A stretch of DNA of 64,000 nucleotides from Deltaproteobacteria bacterium (GCA_052390235.1 JBQTHB010000003.1:1-64000), one strand, 5' to 3'. Positions 53,144 to 63,092 are shown, counted from the first letter of the stretch. Notes: generated by a model not told the origin, from the letters alone. Translations and numbers: made by a program.

Positions 53144-54313
53144 ATGAATGAATATTTCTCTCTCTCAAGCCTCATAAGCGAGGAAATCCACACCGTATCG
53201 TCCCTAAACGCAGAGATTAAAGCCCTCGTCGAGAGCGGCTTCGGCGGGGATTACGTCTGGGTTGCAGGCGAGATTTCAAATTTCAAAGGGAATTATTCGA
53301 GCGGGCACTGGTACTTCTCCCTTAAAGACGAGGCGAGCCAAATCTCCGCCGTGTGCTTTAAATGGCTCAATCAGTACGTGAAATTCAAGCCTGAGAACGG
53401 AATGGAGGTTCTGTGCTGCGCCGAGGTGTCGGTATATGAGAAGAACGGCTCGTACCAGCTTGCGGTAAGGCACATCGAGCCTAAGGGGGTCGGGGCACAG
53501 GCTCTGGCTCTGCGGCAACTCAAAGAAAAGCTCCTTGCCGAGGGGCTGTTTGACCCCTCCCGGAAACGCCCTCTGCCCTTTCTTCCCAGAAGGGTCGGCA
53601 TTGTTACGTCCCCATCGGGAGCGGCTCTGCGGGACATTCTAAAAGTTCTGGAAAGACGATTTGCAAACCTAGAAGTGATTATTTCTCCGACCCGAGTGCA
53701 GGGCGCACAGGCCCCGGCGGACATTGTCAAAGCCCTGGGGAGGATTTACCGCGCTGAGGGGATTGATTTGATAATTCTCGCCAGAGGGGGAGGCTCTGGG
53801 GAAGACCTCTGGGCTTTCAACGATGAATCTGTGGCGCGGGAAATCGCGCGCTCGCCCGTGCCTCTCATATCCGCCGTGGGACACGAGATTGACACGACAG
53901 TCGCCGATTTAGTAGCCGACGTGAGGGCATCTACCCCTTCGGTTGCGGCAGAAATCGCTGTGAGAGAGAAATCCGAGCTTGAGGGGGAACTCCTCGCCCT
54001 TCGGGACAGGATGGGGACGGCTCTTCGGAATCGGGCGGAGTCCTGCGCCAGAGAAATCGAGAGGATGGAGGCGGATGCGAAAAGGGCGATAACCCAGAAA
54101 CTAGGCGCATTTGGCATGGATATTCAGGCGGCTTCGGGAAAATTGGACGCGCTAAGCCCGCTGAAAATCCTGGAAAGGGGCTATGCCGCCGTATATAAAT
54201 TGCCCGACGCAACAGTGGTTAAAGAGGCTCGGCAGCTGCGCCGCGGGGATGAGATTCTAATAAAATTTCATCTGGGAGCGGCCAGATGCTCCGTAGAAGA
54301 GGTGCAGGACTAG
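53144..54313 (+). CDS. xseA: Exodeoxyribonuclease VII large subunit
   Basis: GEISNF, GHWYFSLKD, RGGGS.EDLW.FNDE, GHEID, TPS, LSPL.ILERGY. Confidence 0.96.
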   Translation: MNEYFSLSSLISEEIHTVSSLNAEIKALVESGFGGDYVWVAGEISNFKGNYSSGHWYFSLKDEASQISAVCFKWLNQYVKFKPENGMEVLCCAEVSVYEKNGSYQLAVRHIEPKGVGAQALALRQLKEKLLAEGLFDPSRKRPLPFLPRRVGIVTSPSGAALRDILKVLERRFANLEVIISPTRVQGAQAPADIVKALGRIYRAEGIDLIILARGGGSGEDLWAFNDESVAREIARSPVPLISAVGHEIDTTVADLVADVRASTPSVAAEIAVREKSELEGELLALRDRMGTALRNRAESCAREIERMEADAKRAITQKLGAFGMDIQAASGKLDALSPLKILERGYAAVYKLPDATVVKEARQLRRGDEILIKFHLGAARCSVEEVQD

Positions 54314-54355
54314 CCCGCTTCGCTGCGGCGCGCGGTGAATCGAGGATTTTTATTC

Positions 54356-54433
54356 CCCATCATCTCTGGGCGCCCTTCTCCCGCCAAAGCGCATAGACAA
54401 CGGGAATTATGACCAGCGTTAGCGCGGCTGAGG
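54356..54433. repeat. 78-bp direct repeat copy 1 (duplicate of the cusA 3' end)
   Basis: 75/78 identical to 55127-55204. Confidence 0.92.
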
Positions 54434-54856
54434 CAGTCTCTCATAATCCATTCCAACCTGCGCGAAGTGTTCGTCTTCTGTCAGAATATACTTAATCCCC
54501 AGCTCGCTCATAACTACCATAGAAGTTAAATCGGTGAACGATATGAGGGGTTTGTCGCGAAATTTAATACGGAGCTTTTTTGCGTTTTCAAATCGCTCTT
54601 TGGTAATCCACTCAAGTAGCAGATATCCATTCTGAGCCGCTCTGTCGGTTTCTTTAACAAACTTAGCGGCGTAATCAAACGGCAGTCTCCTAAAAAGCAG
54701 AGTCAGGGTTTCGTCCATCACATATTCGCTTGTGTAAATCGCCGCCCCGTCGCGTCTGAATTTACTATAGATTTCTCCGGCTTCCCGGTGTTTGGCTTCC
54801 CCGTTGTCCCTGAGCGCAAGCCACCCCCAAGTATCAATAAAGAGCTTCAGTGTCAT
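54419..54856 (-). CDS. vapC: PIN-domain VapC toxin
   Basis: LFIDTWGW, TSEYVMDET, SFTDLTS, LTEDEHF acidic PIN residues. Confidence 0.9.
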   Translation of the reverse strand: MTLKLFIDTWGWLALRDNGEAKHREAGEIYSKFRRDGAAIYTSEYVMDETLTLLFRRLPFDYAAKFVKETDRAAQNGYLLLEWITKERFENAKKLRIKFRDKPLISFTDLTSMVVMSELGIKYILTEDEHFAQVGMDYERLPQPR

Positions 54857-55080
54857 TCTCCGTAGAGCGCTTTATCAATGTCCCCTGCTAACGAGCCGGA
54901 AGATACGTCGCCGATGAGATTTAGTATCGGGTCGTTTTCGGGACTGAGCGTGGATTTTTCCTTAGCAATATTATTATCGCGGGTGATGGTAATTCGGACT
55001 TTTTCGTTCTCGTTTAGTTCGATTTTATCCATGGGCTGAATCATCCCGCCACGATAAATCGCTTTAATTGTTTTAGCCAT
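54853..55080 (-). CDS. DUF104/AF2212-type antitoxin
   Basis: MAKTIKAIYRGGMIQP...LNENEKVRI, DIDKALYG; ATGA overlap with the toxin gene. Confidence 0.85.
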   Translation of the reverse strand: MAKTIKAIYRGGMIQPMDKIELNENEKVRITITRDNNIAKEKSTLSPENDPILNLIGDVSSGSLAGDIDKALYGE

Positions 55081-55126
55081 TTTATAGCCCCCTGAGGGTA
55101 ATTCTATCACAAAACATGGGGAAATT

Positions 55127-55204
55127 CCCATCATCTCTGGGCGTTCTTCTCCCGCCAAAGCGCATAGACGACGGGAATTATGACCAGCGTTAGCGCGGCT
55201 GAGG
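55127..55204. repeat. 78-bp direct repeat copy 2 (current cusA 3' end)
   Basis: Matches 54356-54433. Confidence 0.92.
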
Positions 55205-58200
55205 TGATAAGCCCTCCGACCATCGGCGCGGCGATGCGCTTCATGGTATCAGCCCCCGCCCCCGCGCTCCACATTATCGGTAGCAACCCTATTATCGTCG
55301 TAAGCACGGTCATCATCTTGGGTCTCACCCTCTCGGCCGCCCCTTCGATTATCGCCTCGTTTAAATCCGAAAGTGTGCTCATTCGCCCCTCTCGACGACG
55401 CCGCTCAAACGCCTCGTCCAGATAAATTATCATCACCACCCCCGTCTCGGCGGCAAGTCCGGCAAGGGCGATAATTCCCACCCACACTGCGGCGCTTAGG
55501 CTGTATCCAAGCAGGTACAGTAGCCAGAAACTCCCGACTATGGAAAAAGGCACTGAACACAGCACGATGAGCGTCTTAGCGGCGGAGTTGAAATTTATAT
55601 AGAGTAGGAGAAAAATCAGGAAAACCGTCAGTGGCGCGATGTAGGCGAGCTTTTCTTTGACCCTTTGGAGGTATTTATACTGCCCCGCCCACTCAACCGT
55701 GTACCCCGGCGGCAGATTTACCTGCTCGGCGAGCGCCTCCTTTGCCCTCTCGACGTATCCCTCATAGTCGCCCCCTTCCACGTCAACGAAAACGTATCCG
55801 ACTTTGCGGGCGTTCTCGTTCCTGATTTCAGAAGGCCCTGAGGCAAAGTTGATGTCGGCGATAAGCCCAATAGGAATCTGCGCCCCAGATGGTGTACCGA
55901 CTAAAACCCTAGACACAGAATCCACATCCGAGCGAAAATCCCTTTGGTATCGGACGTTTATCGAGTATCGCTCCTGCCCTTCGACGGCCTCAGATATGGT
56001 TTTTCCGCCGAGAGCCGTTTCAATTACATCCTGGGCGTCCGCAATTGTTAGCCCGTACCTCGCCGCCTCTTCGCGTTTAATACGAAAATCGAGGAAATAC
56101 CCGCCCGCGACGCGCTCGGCAAAAGCGCTTCTAGCGCCGGGGAGGGATGCAAGAACGTTCTCAATCTCGACCCCTATCCGCTCGATGACCTCAATGTCCG
56201 AGCCGAACACTTTTACGCCTAAATTGCTCCTAAACCCCGTCGAGAGCATCTCCAGCCTCGTCTGTATCGGCATCCAAAAGATATTTGCCATACCGGGGAA
56301 TTTCATCCGCTCGTTCATCTCGGAGACAAGCGCATCCCAGGTCATGCCCTTGCGCCACTCGCTCTGGGGTTTTAGCGTAACGACGGTTTCTACCATACTG
56401 AGCGGGGCGGAGTCAGTGGGGGAATCAGACCGCCCGATTTTGCCCCACACGCGCTCGACTTCTGGGAATTTCATCAGAGTCGCATCTTGAATCTGGAGAA
56501 TGCGCGCCGCCTCGGTTACGGAGATTCCGGGAACCGCCGTAGGCATATACAGAATCGTCCCTTCGTTCAGAGGGGGCATGAATTCCGAGCCGAGTTTCAT
56601 CGCGGGAATCGAGGTCAGGGCAATGGCAACCGCCGCCGCCGCTATGACCGCTCGATTGTATCCGAGCGCGAGGCGGACAACGGGCAAGTAAATTCGGATG
56701 AGAAAGCGGCTTATCGGGTTTTTCTCCTCCGGCAGTACGGCGCTCCCTCTCACGGCGAGAGTGATGAGGGCGGGGGTGAGGGTTATGGCGAGCAGGGCGG
56801 CAAAGAACATCGAAAAGGTCTTTGTCAGAGCGAGCGGGCGAAAGAGCCTCCCCTCCTGATATTCGAGCGCGAATACCGGGAGAAACGAGACGGTTATCAC
56901 GAGGAGGGAGAAGAAAATAGGACGCCCCACCTCTTTCATGGCATCAATCACCGCGGCGTTTCGGTCTATCTGCTGAGAGGAAACCCCCTCAAGCCTCTTA
57001 TGCACGTTTTCAATCAGCACAATGGACGCGTCAACCATAGCCCCTACGGCTATTGCAATCCCGCCCAGAGACATGATATTTGCCGTAATCCCCATGTAGT
57101 ACATCGGGATAAATGCTATCAGCACGCCCAAAGGGATGGTGAGTATCGGCACGAGGGCGCTTCTGGCATGGAGCAGGAAAGCGATAATTACGAGGCTTAC
57201 GACTATCATCTCCTGCGTGAGACTCGCTTTGAGCGTAGCCACGGCGCGCAAGATTAAATCCGAGCGGTCGTAGGTCGCGACTATCCGCACGCCTTTAGGC
57301 AGGGATGATTTCGCCTCTTCGAGCTTTTGCTTGACCCCCGCTATGACGTTTAGGGCGTTCTCGCCGTAGCGCATAACGACGATGCCGCCGACGGCCTCGC
57401 CCCTGCCGTCGAGTTCCGCGATTCCCCTGCGGGCGTCTCCCCCGATTTGGACGCGAGCCACGTCCCGCACATAGACCGCAGTCCCCGCGCTTGCGCCGAC
57501 CGCTATATTTTCTATATCGCTGATGGATTTAATATATCCCCGCCCTCTTATAAAATACTCCGTCGAGGCAAACTCCACCACGCGCCCGCCTACGTCGTTG
57601 TTGCCGCTGCGGACAGCTTGAATCACCGCGCTTATCGGCACGCCGTAGGAGGCGAGTTTCACCGGGTCAACCTCAATCTGATACTGCTTCTCAAACCCTC
57701 CGATGCCCGCCACCTCAGCCACGCCGGGAACGGATTGGAGCAAATATCTAAGATACCAATCCTGAAGCGCGCGCAGCTCGGCTAGGTCATTTGCGCCGCT
57801 CTCATCCACGATGGCGTATTGATACACCCAGCCCACGCCCGTTGCGTCCGGGCCAAGCCTCGGAGAAACCCCTTCGGGAAGCCTCCCCGAAACTACGCTC
57901 AGATACTCAATAACGCGGCTTCTAGCCCAGTAAATATCCGCCCCGTCCTCGAACACTATATAGACAAGCGACGCGCCGAACATGGACTGCCCGCGCACGT
58001 ATTTCACCCTAGGGGCGGAGAGCATCGAGGCGGCTATTGGGTATGTGATTTGGTCTTCTACTATGTCGGGGCTTCTGCCGTCCCAATCCGTATAGACGAT
58101 GACCTGAACGTCCGAGAGGTCTGGGATGGCGTCAAGCGGGGTGCGCGTCATTGCCCAGAATCCCCAAGCCGCCGCAAATAGCACGAGAGCTATCGTGAGG

Positions 58201-58241
58201 AATCTATTTCTCGCCGAGTATTCAATGATTTTCTCTATCAT
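55131..58241 (-). CDS. cusA: CusA/SilA-type heavy-metal RND permease
   Basis: DAIPDLSDVQVI, GPDATGVGW, EFMPPLNEG (Met triad region), RVRPKMMT. Confidence 0.92.
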   Translation of the reverse strand: MIEKIIEYSARNRFLTIALVLFAAAWGFWAMTRTPLDAIPDLSDVQVIVYTDWDGRSPDIVEDQITYPIAASMLSAPRVKYVRGQSMFGASLVYIVFEDGADIYWARSRVIEYLSVVSGRLPEGVSPRLGPDATGVGWVYQYAIVDESGANDLAELRALQDWYLRYLLQSVPGVAEVAGIGGFEKQYQIEVDPVKLASYGVPISAVIQAVRSGNNDVGGRVVEFASTEYFIRGRGYIKSISDIENIAVGASAGTAVYVRDVARVQIGGDARRGIAELDGRGEAVGGIVVMRYGENALNVIAGVKQKLEEAKSSLPKGVRIVATYDRSDLILRAVATLKASLTQEMIVVSLVIIAFLLHARSALVPILTIPLGVLIAFIPMYYMGITANIMSLGGIAIAVGAMVDASIVLIENVHKRLEGVSSQQIDRNAAVIDAMKEVGRPIFFSLLVITVSFLPVFALEYQEGRLFRPLALTKTFSMFFAALLAITLTPALITLAVRGSAVLPEEKNPISRFLIRIYLPVVRLALGYNRAVIAAAAVAIALTSIPAMKLGSEFMPPLNEGTILYMPTAVPGISVTEAARILQIQDATLMKFPEVERVWGKIGRSDSPTDSAPLSMVETVVTLKPQSEWRKGMTWDALVSEMNERMKFPGMANIFWMPIQTRLEMLSTGFRSNLGVKVFGSDIEVIERIGVEIENVLASLPGARSAFAERVAGGYFLDFRIKREEAARYGLTIADAQDVIETALGGKTISEAVEGQERYSINVRYQRDFRSDVDSVSRVLVGTPSGAQIPIGLIADINFASGPSEIRNENARKVGYVFVDVEGGDYEGYVERAKEALAEQVNLPPGYTVEWAGQYKYLQRVKEKLAYIAPLTVFLIFLLLYINFNSAAKTLIVLCSVPFSIVGSFWLLYLLGYSLSAAVWVGIIALAGLAAETGVVMIIYLDEAFERRRREGRMSTLSDLNEAIIEGAAERVRPKMMTVLTTIIGLLPIMWSAGAGADTMKRIAAPMVGGLITSAALTLVIIPVVYALWREKNAQR

Positions 58242-59623
58242 CGCGCCTCCCCTCCCGCGTTGGGAATTGGGGAAGCGTCCGTATCCGTCTGCGCGCCGCC
58301 GCCGCCCCAAGACGCAACGGCCGCCTGAATTTTACTCTCCGCATCAATGAGAAAATTGGCGCGGGTGATGACTCTCTCGCCCTCCGAAAGCCCCCGCAGA
58401 ACCTGCGCGTAGCCCTCGGACTCCCTGCCCACCTCAATCCGCCTCATCTCGATGCTCCCCCTGCCCTTATCCACGAACACTATGTCCTGCCTGCCGCCTC
58501 TGAGTACCGCGCTCTCAGGCACAGCGAGACTCTCTCCAATGGGGATGAGAAGCTCGGCTGTGGCGTACATTCCGGGAAGGAGTTTCAGGTGAGGGTTTGC
58601 AAATTCCATGCGGACTTTCGCCGTCCTCGTCTCCGCCATGACGTGTGGGAGGATGAATTTCACTCTGCCCATGAATTTCTCGCCGGGATAGGCATCTATC
58701 GTGATGATGGCGCTATGCCCCGGCTGAACGAGTGAAATATCAGTCTGATAAATATCGGCATTGACCCACACTGCGGAGTGGTCGGCTATTGAATAGAGTT
58801 TCATATTCGGCTCGACGTACATATTGGGATAGGCGTTTTTCTCGACAATAAACCCCGATGCGGGGGAGTACACGACGAGGTTTTTTTCCGCATGCCCGGA
58901 CTTGTCCAGTTCCCTGATTTGCCCCTCTGATAGATTGAGTCGCCGAAGCCTGAGGCGCGCCGCCTCGACTAGGGACACCGCCCCGCGGGATATTTCCGGG
59001 AATTCGCTTCCCTCAAGGATTTTTTGGGAGCGCGCGGCTAGGAGATATTCCTCCTGGGCGAGTGCGGCCTCAGGGCTATAGATTGAAAAGAGCGGCTCTC
59101 CCCGCTTTACATGGCGGTACGGGTAGTCGGCATAGACATGATCAATCCACCCGCCGAATCTCGTCTGCACAAGCGTGATTTTGCTCTCGTCAACCTCAAC
59201 TGAGGCGGCGGCGCGGATGATTTTGGTCATCTTCCGCATGGACGCGCGCTCGGTCTTTACGCCTATAACTTGTTGCCGCTCAGGGCTTACGGTAAATATC
59301 CCCTCCAGCGCGTCTGGCTCTTGCATCCCCGGCGCTTGGGCGGCGCCTTGCAAATCTCCGCTCGGCTTCCTGCGAACGGGAACTAAGTCCATACCGCATA
59401 ACGGGCATTCTCCTTGCTGTTTTAACCTCACGGACGGGTGCATCGTGCAGGTCCAGTAGTCAATATCCCCAGCGTCGTTCAGGACGGGTTTGAGCTGATG
59501 CCGGTGCCCAGCGGCGAAAAAGGGGATTTCACTTAAAATAGGAATCTTGTAGCCGAATTTATACAGCGCGAGTAGCCCCAGGAGCAAGGCGGCTAGGATT
59601 GATAGGGTTTTAATTCTCTTCAT
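58238..59623 (-). CDS. cusB: CusB-type RND periplasmic adaptor with heavy-metal-binding domain
   Basis: WTCTMHP...CPLCGMDLVP, LLPGMYA, NFLIDAES. Confidence 0.88.
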   Translation of the reverse strand: MKRIKTLSILAALLLGLLALYKFGYKIPILSEIPFFAAGHRHQLKPVLNDAGDIDYWTCTMHPSVRLKQQGECPLCGMDLVPVRRKPSGDLQGAAQAPGMQEPDALEGIFTVSPERQQVIGVKTERASMRKMTKIIRAAASVEVDESKITLVQTRFGGWIDHVYADYPYRHVKRGEPLFSIYSPEAALAQEEYLLAARSQKILEGSEFPEISRGAVSLVEAARLRLRRLNLSEGQIRELDKSGHAEKNLVVYSPASGFIVEKNAYPNMYVEPNMKLYSIADHSAVWVNADIYQTDISLVQPGHSAIITIDAYPGEKFMGRVKFILPHVMAETRTAKVRMEFANPHLKLLPGMYATAELLIPIGESLAVPESAVLRGGRQDIVFVDKGRGSIEMRRIEVGRESEGYAQVLRGLSEGERVITRANFLIDAESKIQAAVASWGGGGAQTDTDASPIPNAGGEAR

Positions 59624-60899
59624 GTAAACCTCCATTGCTCGCAGGAGAGTCTGCCCTTGCCAATTCACCGCCGATAAGCTCAATGAGTTTCGCGCGGGCT
59701 TTTTCATGCCGGACAAATTTCCTCCAGTACTCAAGCTCGAAATTGAGCAACGCTTCCGATGCGTCAGACAGAGAGGTGAAATCAGCCTCCCCCGCCCGAT
59801 AGCCCGCCAGCGCCGCATCAACCGCAAGCCTCGCCTGAGGGATTATCCCCTTTGAGTAGAGCGATAGAAGCCTCTCGGAGCTTTTCAGGGCGGCGTAATT
59901 TTCCCGAATCATGTACCGCAGATTCCGGCTCGCATCGGCAATTTCCTCTTTCGAGCCGTCCAGCAAATATGCCGCCTCAGCTACTGCGGACCTCTCCTTC
60001 CTCCAGAAATATACGGGCGCGATAAACCCCACTTTAGCCGACCATTCGTCTGTAAAACCGCCTCGGTTAAACCACGAAATCTCAGCCACTATGTCTGGGA
60101 AATATTCCCTCCGCCGCAGTTCGAGCGACGCTTCCGCCGCCTCGGAGTATTTTCTCTTCGCCACTATCTCCGGATTTCGGGCATCGGCAAGGGAGTAAAG
60201 CTCATCGAGCGTGTAATCGAGTGGCGATGGAGTCAGCTCGCTGGGAACGGCTATTGGAGCGGAGGCGGGCGGGCGGTTCAGAAGCGCGCCGAGCCGAGCC
60301 GAGGCAACCTCGCCCTCTGCGTCGAGGGTCTCGAGGGCATCTATCGAGGCTGAGATTTGGAGCTGAGCCTTAACTAAATCCGTCTGGGACGAAAATCCGG
60401 CTTCGTAGCCCGCTTTGGCAACGCTGGCAAATCTCTCAAGCAATTCCTTATTTTTCGACTCCACAGCGCGGGATTTATTAGCCAAGAACAGGTCGAGATA
60501 AGCCGCCCGAACCTCGAACTCCACGCGGTTTATCAAGGATTCGAGAGACGAGCCGCTGGACTGGGCTTCATGCCCCGCGACTTTGCCCTTTAATCTCAAT
60601 TTACCGGGGAAGGGGAATTGCTGCGAGGCATAGACCTGTAGCTCGGCGAAATCGTCTTCTCCGAGGGTGATACGGTCAAAGCCCACGTTTTTATAGCCTG
60701 CCCCGATTTCGGGATTTGGAAGCGAGCTTTCTTGAGCGGGGCGCGTCAGCATCGCCTGCCAATTCGAGCGCGCCGCCTTGATTTCGGGGCTATTCTCTAG
60801 GGCTTCGCGCACGAGCGCGCCTAGGGCTGGGGATTGCTCGGCATATCCCTCCCTAGCCCACAGCATGAGAAATAGGGATATAGCTAGGAATAATCTCAT
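59610..60899 (-). CDS. TolC/CusC-family outer membrane efflux protein
   Basis: Signal peptide; EALENSPEI, LPNP, QQFPFPGK; first structural gene of the RND operon. Confidence 0.88.
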   Translation of the reverse strand: MRLFLAISLFLMLWAREGYAEQSPALGALVREALENSPEIKAARSNWQAMLTRPAQESSLPNPEIGAGYKNVGFDRITLGEDDFAELQVYASQQFPFPGKLRLKGKVAGHEAQSSGSSLESLINRVEFEVRAAYLDLFLANKSRAVESKNKELLERFASVAKAGYEAGFSSQTDLVKAQLQISASIDALETLDAEGEVASARLGALLNRPPASAPIAVPSELTPSPLDYTLDELYSLADARNPEIVAKRKYSEAAEASLELRRREYFPDIVAEISWFNRGGFTDEWSAKVGFIAPVYFWRKERSAVAEAAYLLDGSKEEIADASRNLRYMIRENYAALKSSERLLSLYSKGIIPQARLAVDAALAGYRAGEADFTSLSDASEALLNFELEYWRKFVRHEKARAKLIELIGGELARADSPASNGGLHEEN

Positions 60900-61056
60900 T
60901 TTAACGAACCTCCTTAAAACCCGCGCGCCGCCGGGAGCAATTGCCGTAATTTCCCGTCGGCTCTGGGAGAATACAGGGATAAATTAGAGTGGTTTGACTC
61001 CGCCTCCGAGGGGAAACTGCGCCTCAGGCGGGTGTGTTAGAGGGATTTTTGGCGTA

Positions 61057-61434
61057 TTAGCACAGAAAAGCGGAATTAGCGAGGAACGCCTCAGGCGGGC
61101 TATAGCCGCTATCTTTCTTAAAGAGCGGAGCGCGGCCGCGAGCCGGGCAGGCTTCGAGATTTGCGGGGGTGATGGCTATTGAGGCGGAAAGCACGTCCTT
61201 TAGGCGAAGTTCTAGGTTTTGCGGAGCGCAGGCGAGAGAGTCGTGGCAGACGCACGCGCCGCCATTTTGGGAGTCTCCTTCGGGGGATTGCGTCCCCTCA
61301 GCCGGAGCGTTGGATGAGCGGGCATGGCAGGTCATTGCCTTTTGAGAAGCGGCGATGACGCCAAATCCGCCGCTGCCGAGCAGTCCGTAGCAGAAGAGAA
61401 TATTCAGCGCTAGAAAGAGAGTTACGTGTCGCAC
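61057..61434 (-). CDS. Small Cys/His-rich exported leader protein (DUF2946/CutF/CruR-like)
   Basis: Hydrophobic N-terminus; MTCH, ACVCHD; C-terminal RAP...YSPPEAFLANSAFLC; directly upstream of the efflux operon. Confidence 0.6.
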   Translation of the reverse strand: MRHVTLFLALNILFCYGLLGSGGFGVIAASQKAMTCHARSSNAPAEGTQSPEGDSQNGGACVCHDSLACAPQNLELRLKDVLSASIAITPANLEACPARGRAPLFKKDSGYSPPEAFLANSAFLC

Positions 61435-61443
61435 CTTGTCTCT

Positions 61444-61471
61444 ATTCTATCGTTGCCTAGGCGGATGTCAA
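61444..61471 (-). promoter_or_regulatory. sigma-70 promoter of the leader-cus operon
   Basis: Minus strand TTGACA-16 bp-TAGAAT; the spacer contains the palindrome GCCTAGGC. Confidence 0.6.
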
Positions 61472-61548
61472 TATCCGAATTCGCGCTCGGAAAGGGGGAC
61501 GCGATTCTCCTTTTCAAGCCCAGATATGCGTGTTAACATAAGACTGCC

Positions 61549-63000
61549 ATGAAGCTCTTACATTCGCTACTCCTCGCGCTAATCCTCCTAATCATCTGCG
61601 GCACAGCGGCTTTTCCTCAGGATTTCTATGAATTAATCCCCGAAGAGGCGCGGGCAAACGGCACGCTCGGCATCTTTGTTAGCTCCATCTCGCGGGATAA
61701 AGAGATATTCGAGTTCAACGCCGACAAGCTATTCATCCCTGCCTCGAACCAAAAAGTCATCACATCAGTCGCCGCCCTTTCCATTCTCAGCTCGAATTAC
61801 AGGTTTAGAACCGAATTCTACTCAGGGGGCGAGATTACCGGAGGCGTCCTCTTCGGCGGCTTATACATCAAGGGCTACGGAGACCCGACGCTCACCACTG
61901 ACTCCCTCACCGACATCGCCTATCACTTCAAGAAACTGGGAATCCGCGAAATCAGAGGCGGCATCACCGTTGACGACTCCTATTTTGGGAAGAGTTACTA
62001 CGCAAGCGGATGGAAAGAGTCTTGGAGGGGGGACGCCTTCTGCCCTCCGATAAGCGCGGTATCTCTCAATCACAACATTTATCACATAACCGTCTCCCCT
62101 TCAAAACCCGGCAGACCCGCAAGATTGGAGCTTGAGCCGAGCGGCGCAAACGTGAACGTAATCAATAAAACCACAACAGGCAAAAAAGGCGGAAAACTCA
62201 CGGCAAAACGCCTTGAGGACGGGCGAACAGTCATAGTTCAAGGGGCGATTCTAGCCAAATCCGCGCCTTACAAAATCGAGATTCCCGTCGGCAATCCCAA
62301 TTCCTACATGGCAAGCGTTCTCAAAAAGACGCTTGAGACAAACGGCGTCATAGTGCGCGGGTTCATCACGACCGGGAAAGTTCCAGCGGGCAAAAAGGGC
62401 GCGTCCAATCAGGGATTCATCACCACGGGCGAAGTCCCCAAGTGGGCGGCTCTCGTTCACACGCACTACTCCGTCCCGCTTGGCGTAATCATCACCGAAT
62501 ACAACAAAAACAGCGTAAATATCATAGGCGAGAACATCATTAAGACCCTCGGCGCCGAGAGATCAGGCTCTGCCGGCACATGGGAAAACGGGGCGGCTGT
62601 CGTGGAAGATTTTCTCGTGAAAAAAGTAGGCATCTCCGAAGGGTTCATCGTCGCCGATGGCTCAGGGCTATCCCCGTTCAATCAGGCATCGCCGAGAATC
62701 ATGGCTCAAGTGCTGACCTACGCATATAAAAATATCGGGCTTGAGTTCCTAAGCTCTCTACCAATAGCGGGCGTTGACGGCACTCTCAAAAAGAGATTTA
62801 AAAGCTCCGAGGTGGAAGGGCGCGTGCTTGCCAAAACCGGTTATCTGAGCAACGTGAGGGCGCTATCGGGCTATGTGTTCGCCAAAAACGGCGATGTTTT
62901 CGCGTTCTCGATACTCGCAAACGGCTTAGGGGCGAGGACTAAGGATTTCCAAGAGGAGTTCCTCACGAGGCTAATTGAGTGCTGCGATGGGAATAATTAG
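61549..63000 (+). CDS. dacB: D-Ala-D-Ala carboxypeptidase/endopeptidase (PBP4)
   Basis: PASNQK (SxxK), GYGDPTL, SVN, DGSGLS, AKTG. Confidence 0.94.
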   Translation: MKLLHSLLLALILLIICGTAAFPQDFYELIPEEARANGTLGIFVSSISRDKEIFEFNADKLFIPASNQKVITSVAALSILSSNYRFRTEFYSGGEITGGVLFGGLYIKGYGDPTLTTDSLTDIAYHFKKLGIREIRGGITVDDSYFGKSYYASGWKESWRGDAFCPPISAVSLNHNIYHITVSPSKPGRPARLELEPSGANVNVINKTTTGKKGGKLTAKRLEDGRTVIVQGAILAKSAPYKIEIPVGNPNSYMASVLKKTLETNGVIVRGFITTGKVPAGKKGASNQGFITTGEVPKWAALVHTHYSVPLGVIITEYNKNSVNIIGENIIKTLGAERSGSAGTWENGAAVVEDFLVKKVGISEGFIVADGSGLSPFNQASPRIMAQVLTYAYKNIGLEFLSSLPIAGVDGTLKKRFKSSEVEGRVLAKTGYLSNVRALSGYVFAKNGDVFAFSILANGLGARTKDFQEEFLTRLIECCDGNN

Positions 63001-63092
63001 AAGGCGGCGGGGGATTTTTTAGGCTCAGCGCTAGAGGAAATATCCCTGATAAATGGGGGAGTTCTCCTTGCGTATGGAGAGAGGCGAATTAG

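Larger units (their letters stand above)
54356..55204 (-). mobile_element. Putative integrase-less TA cassette (771-bp unit) bounded by direct repeats
   Basis: Flanking 78-bp direct repeats; contains only the antitoxin, the toxin and a promoter-like TGATAGAAT; more AT-rich than the flanks. Confidence 0.55.
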
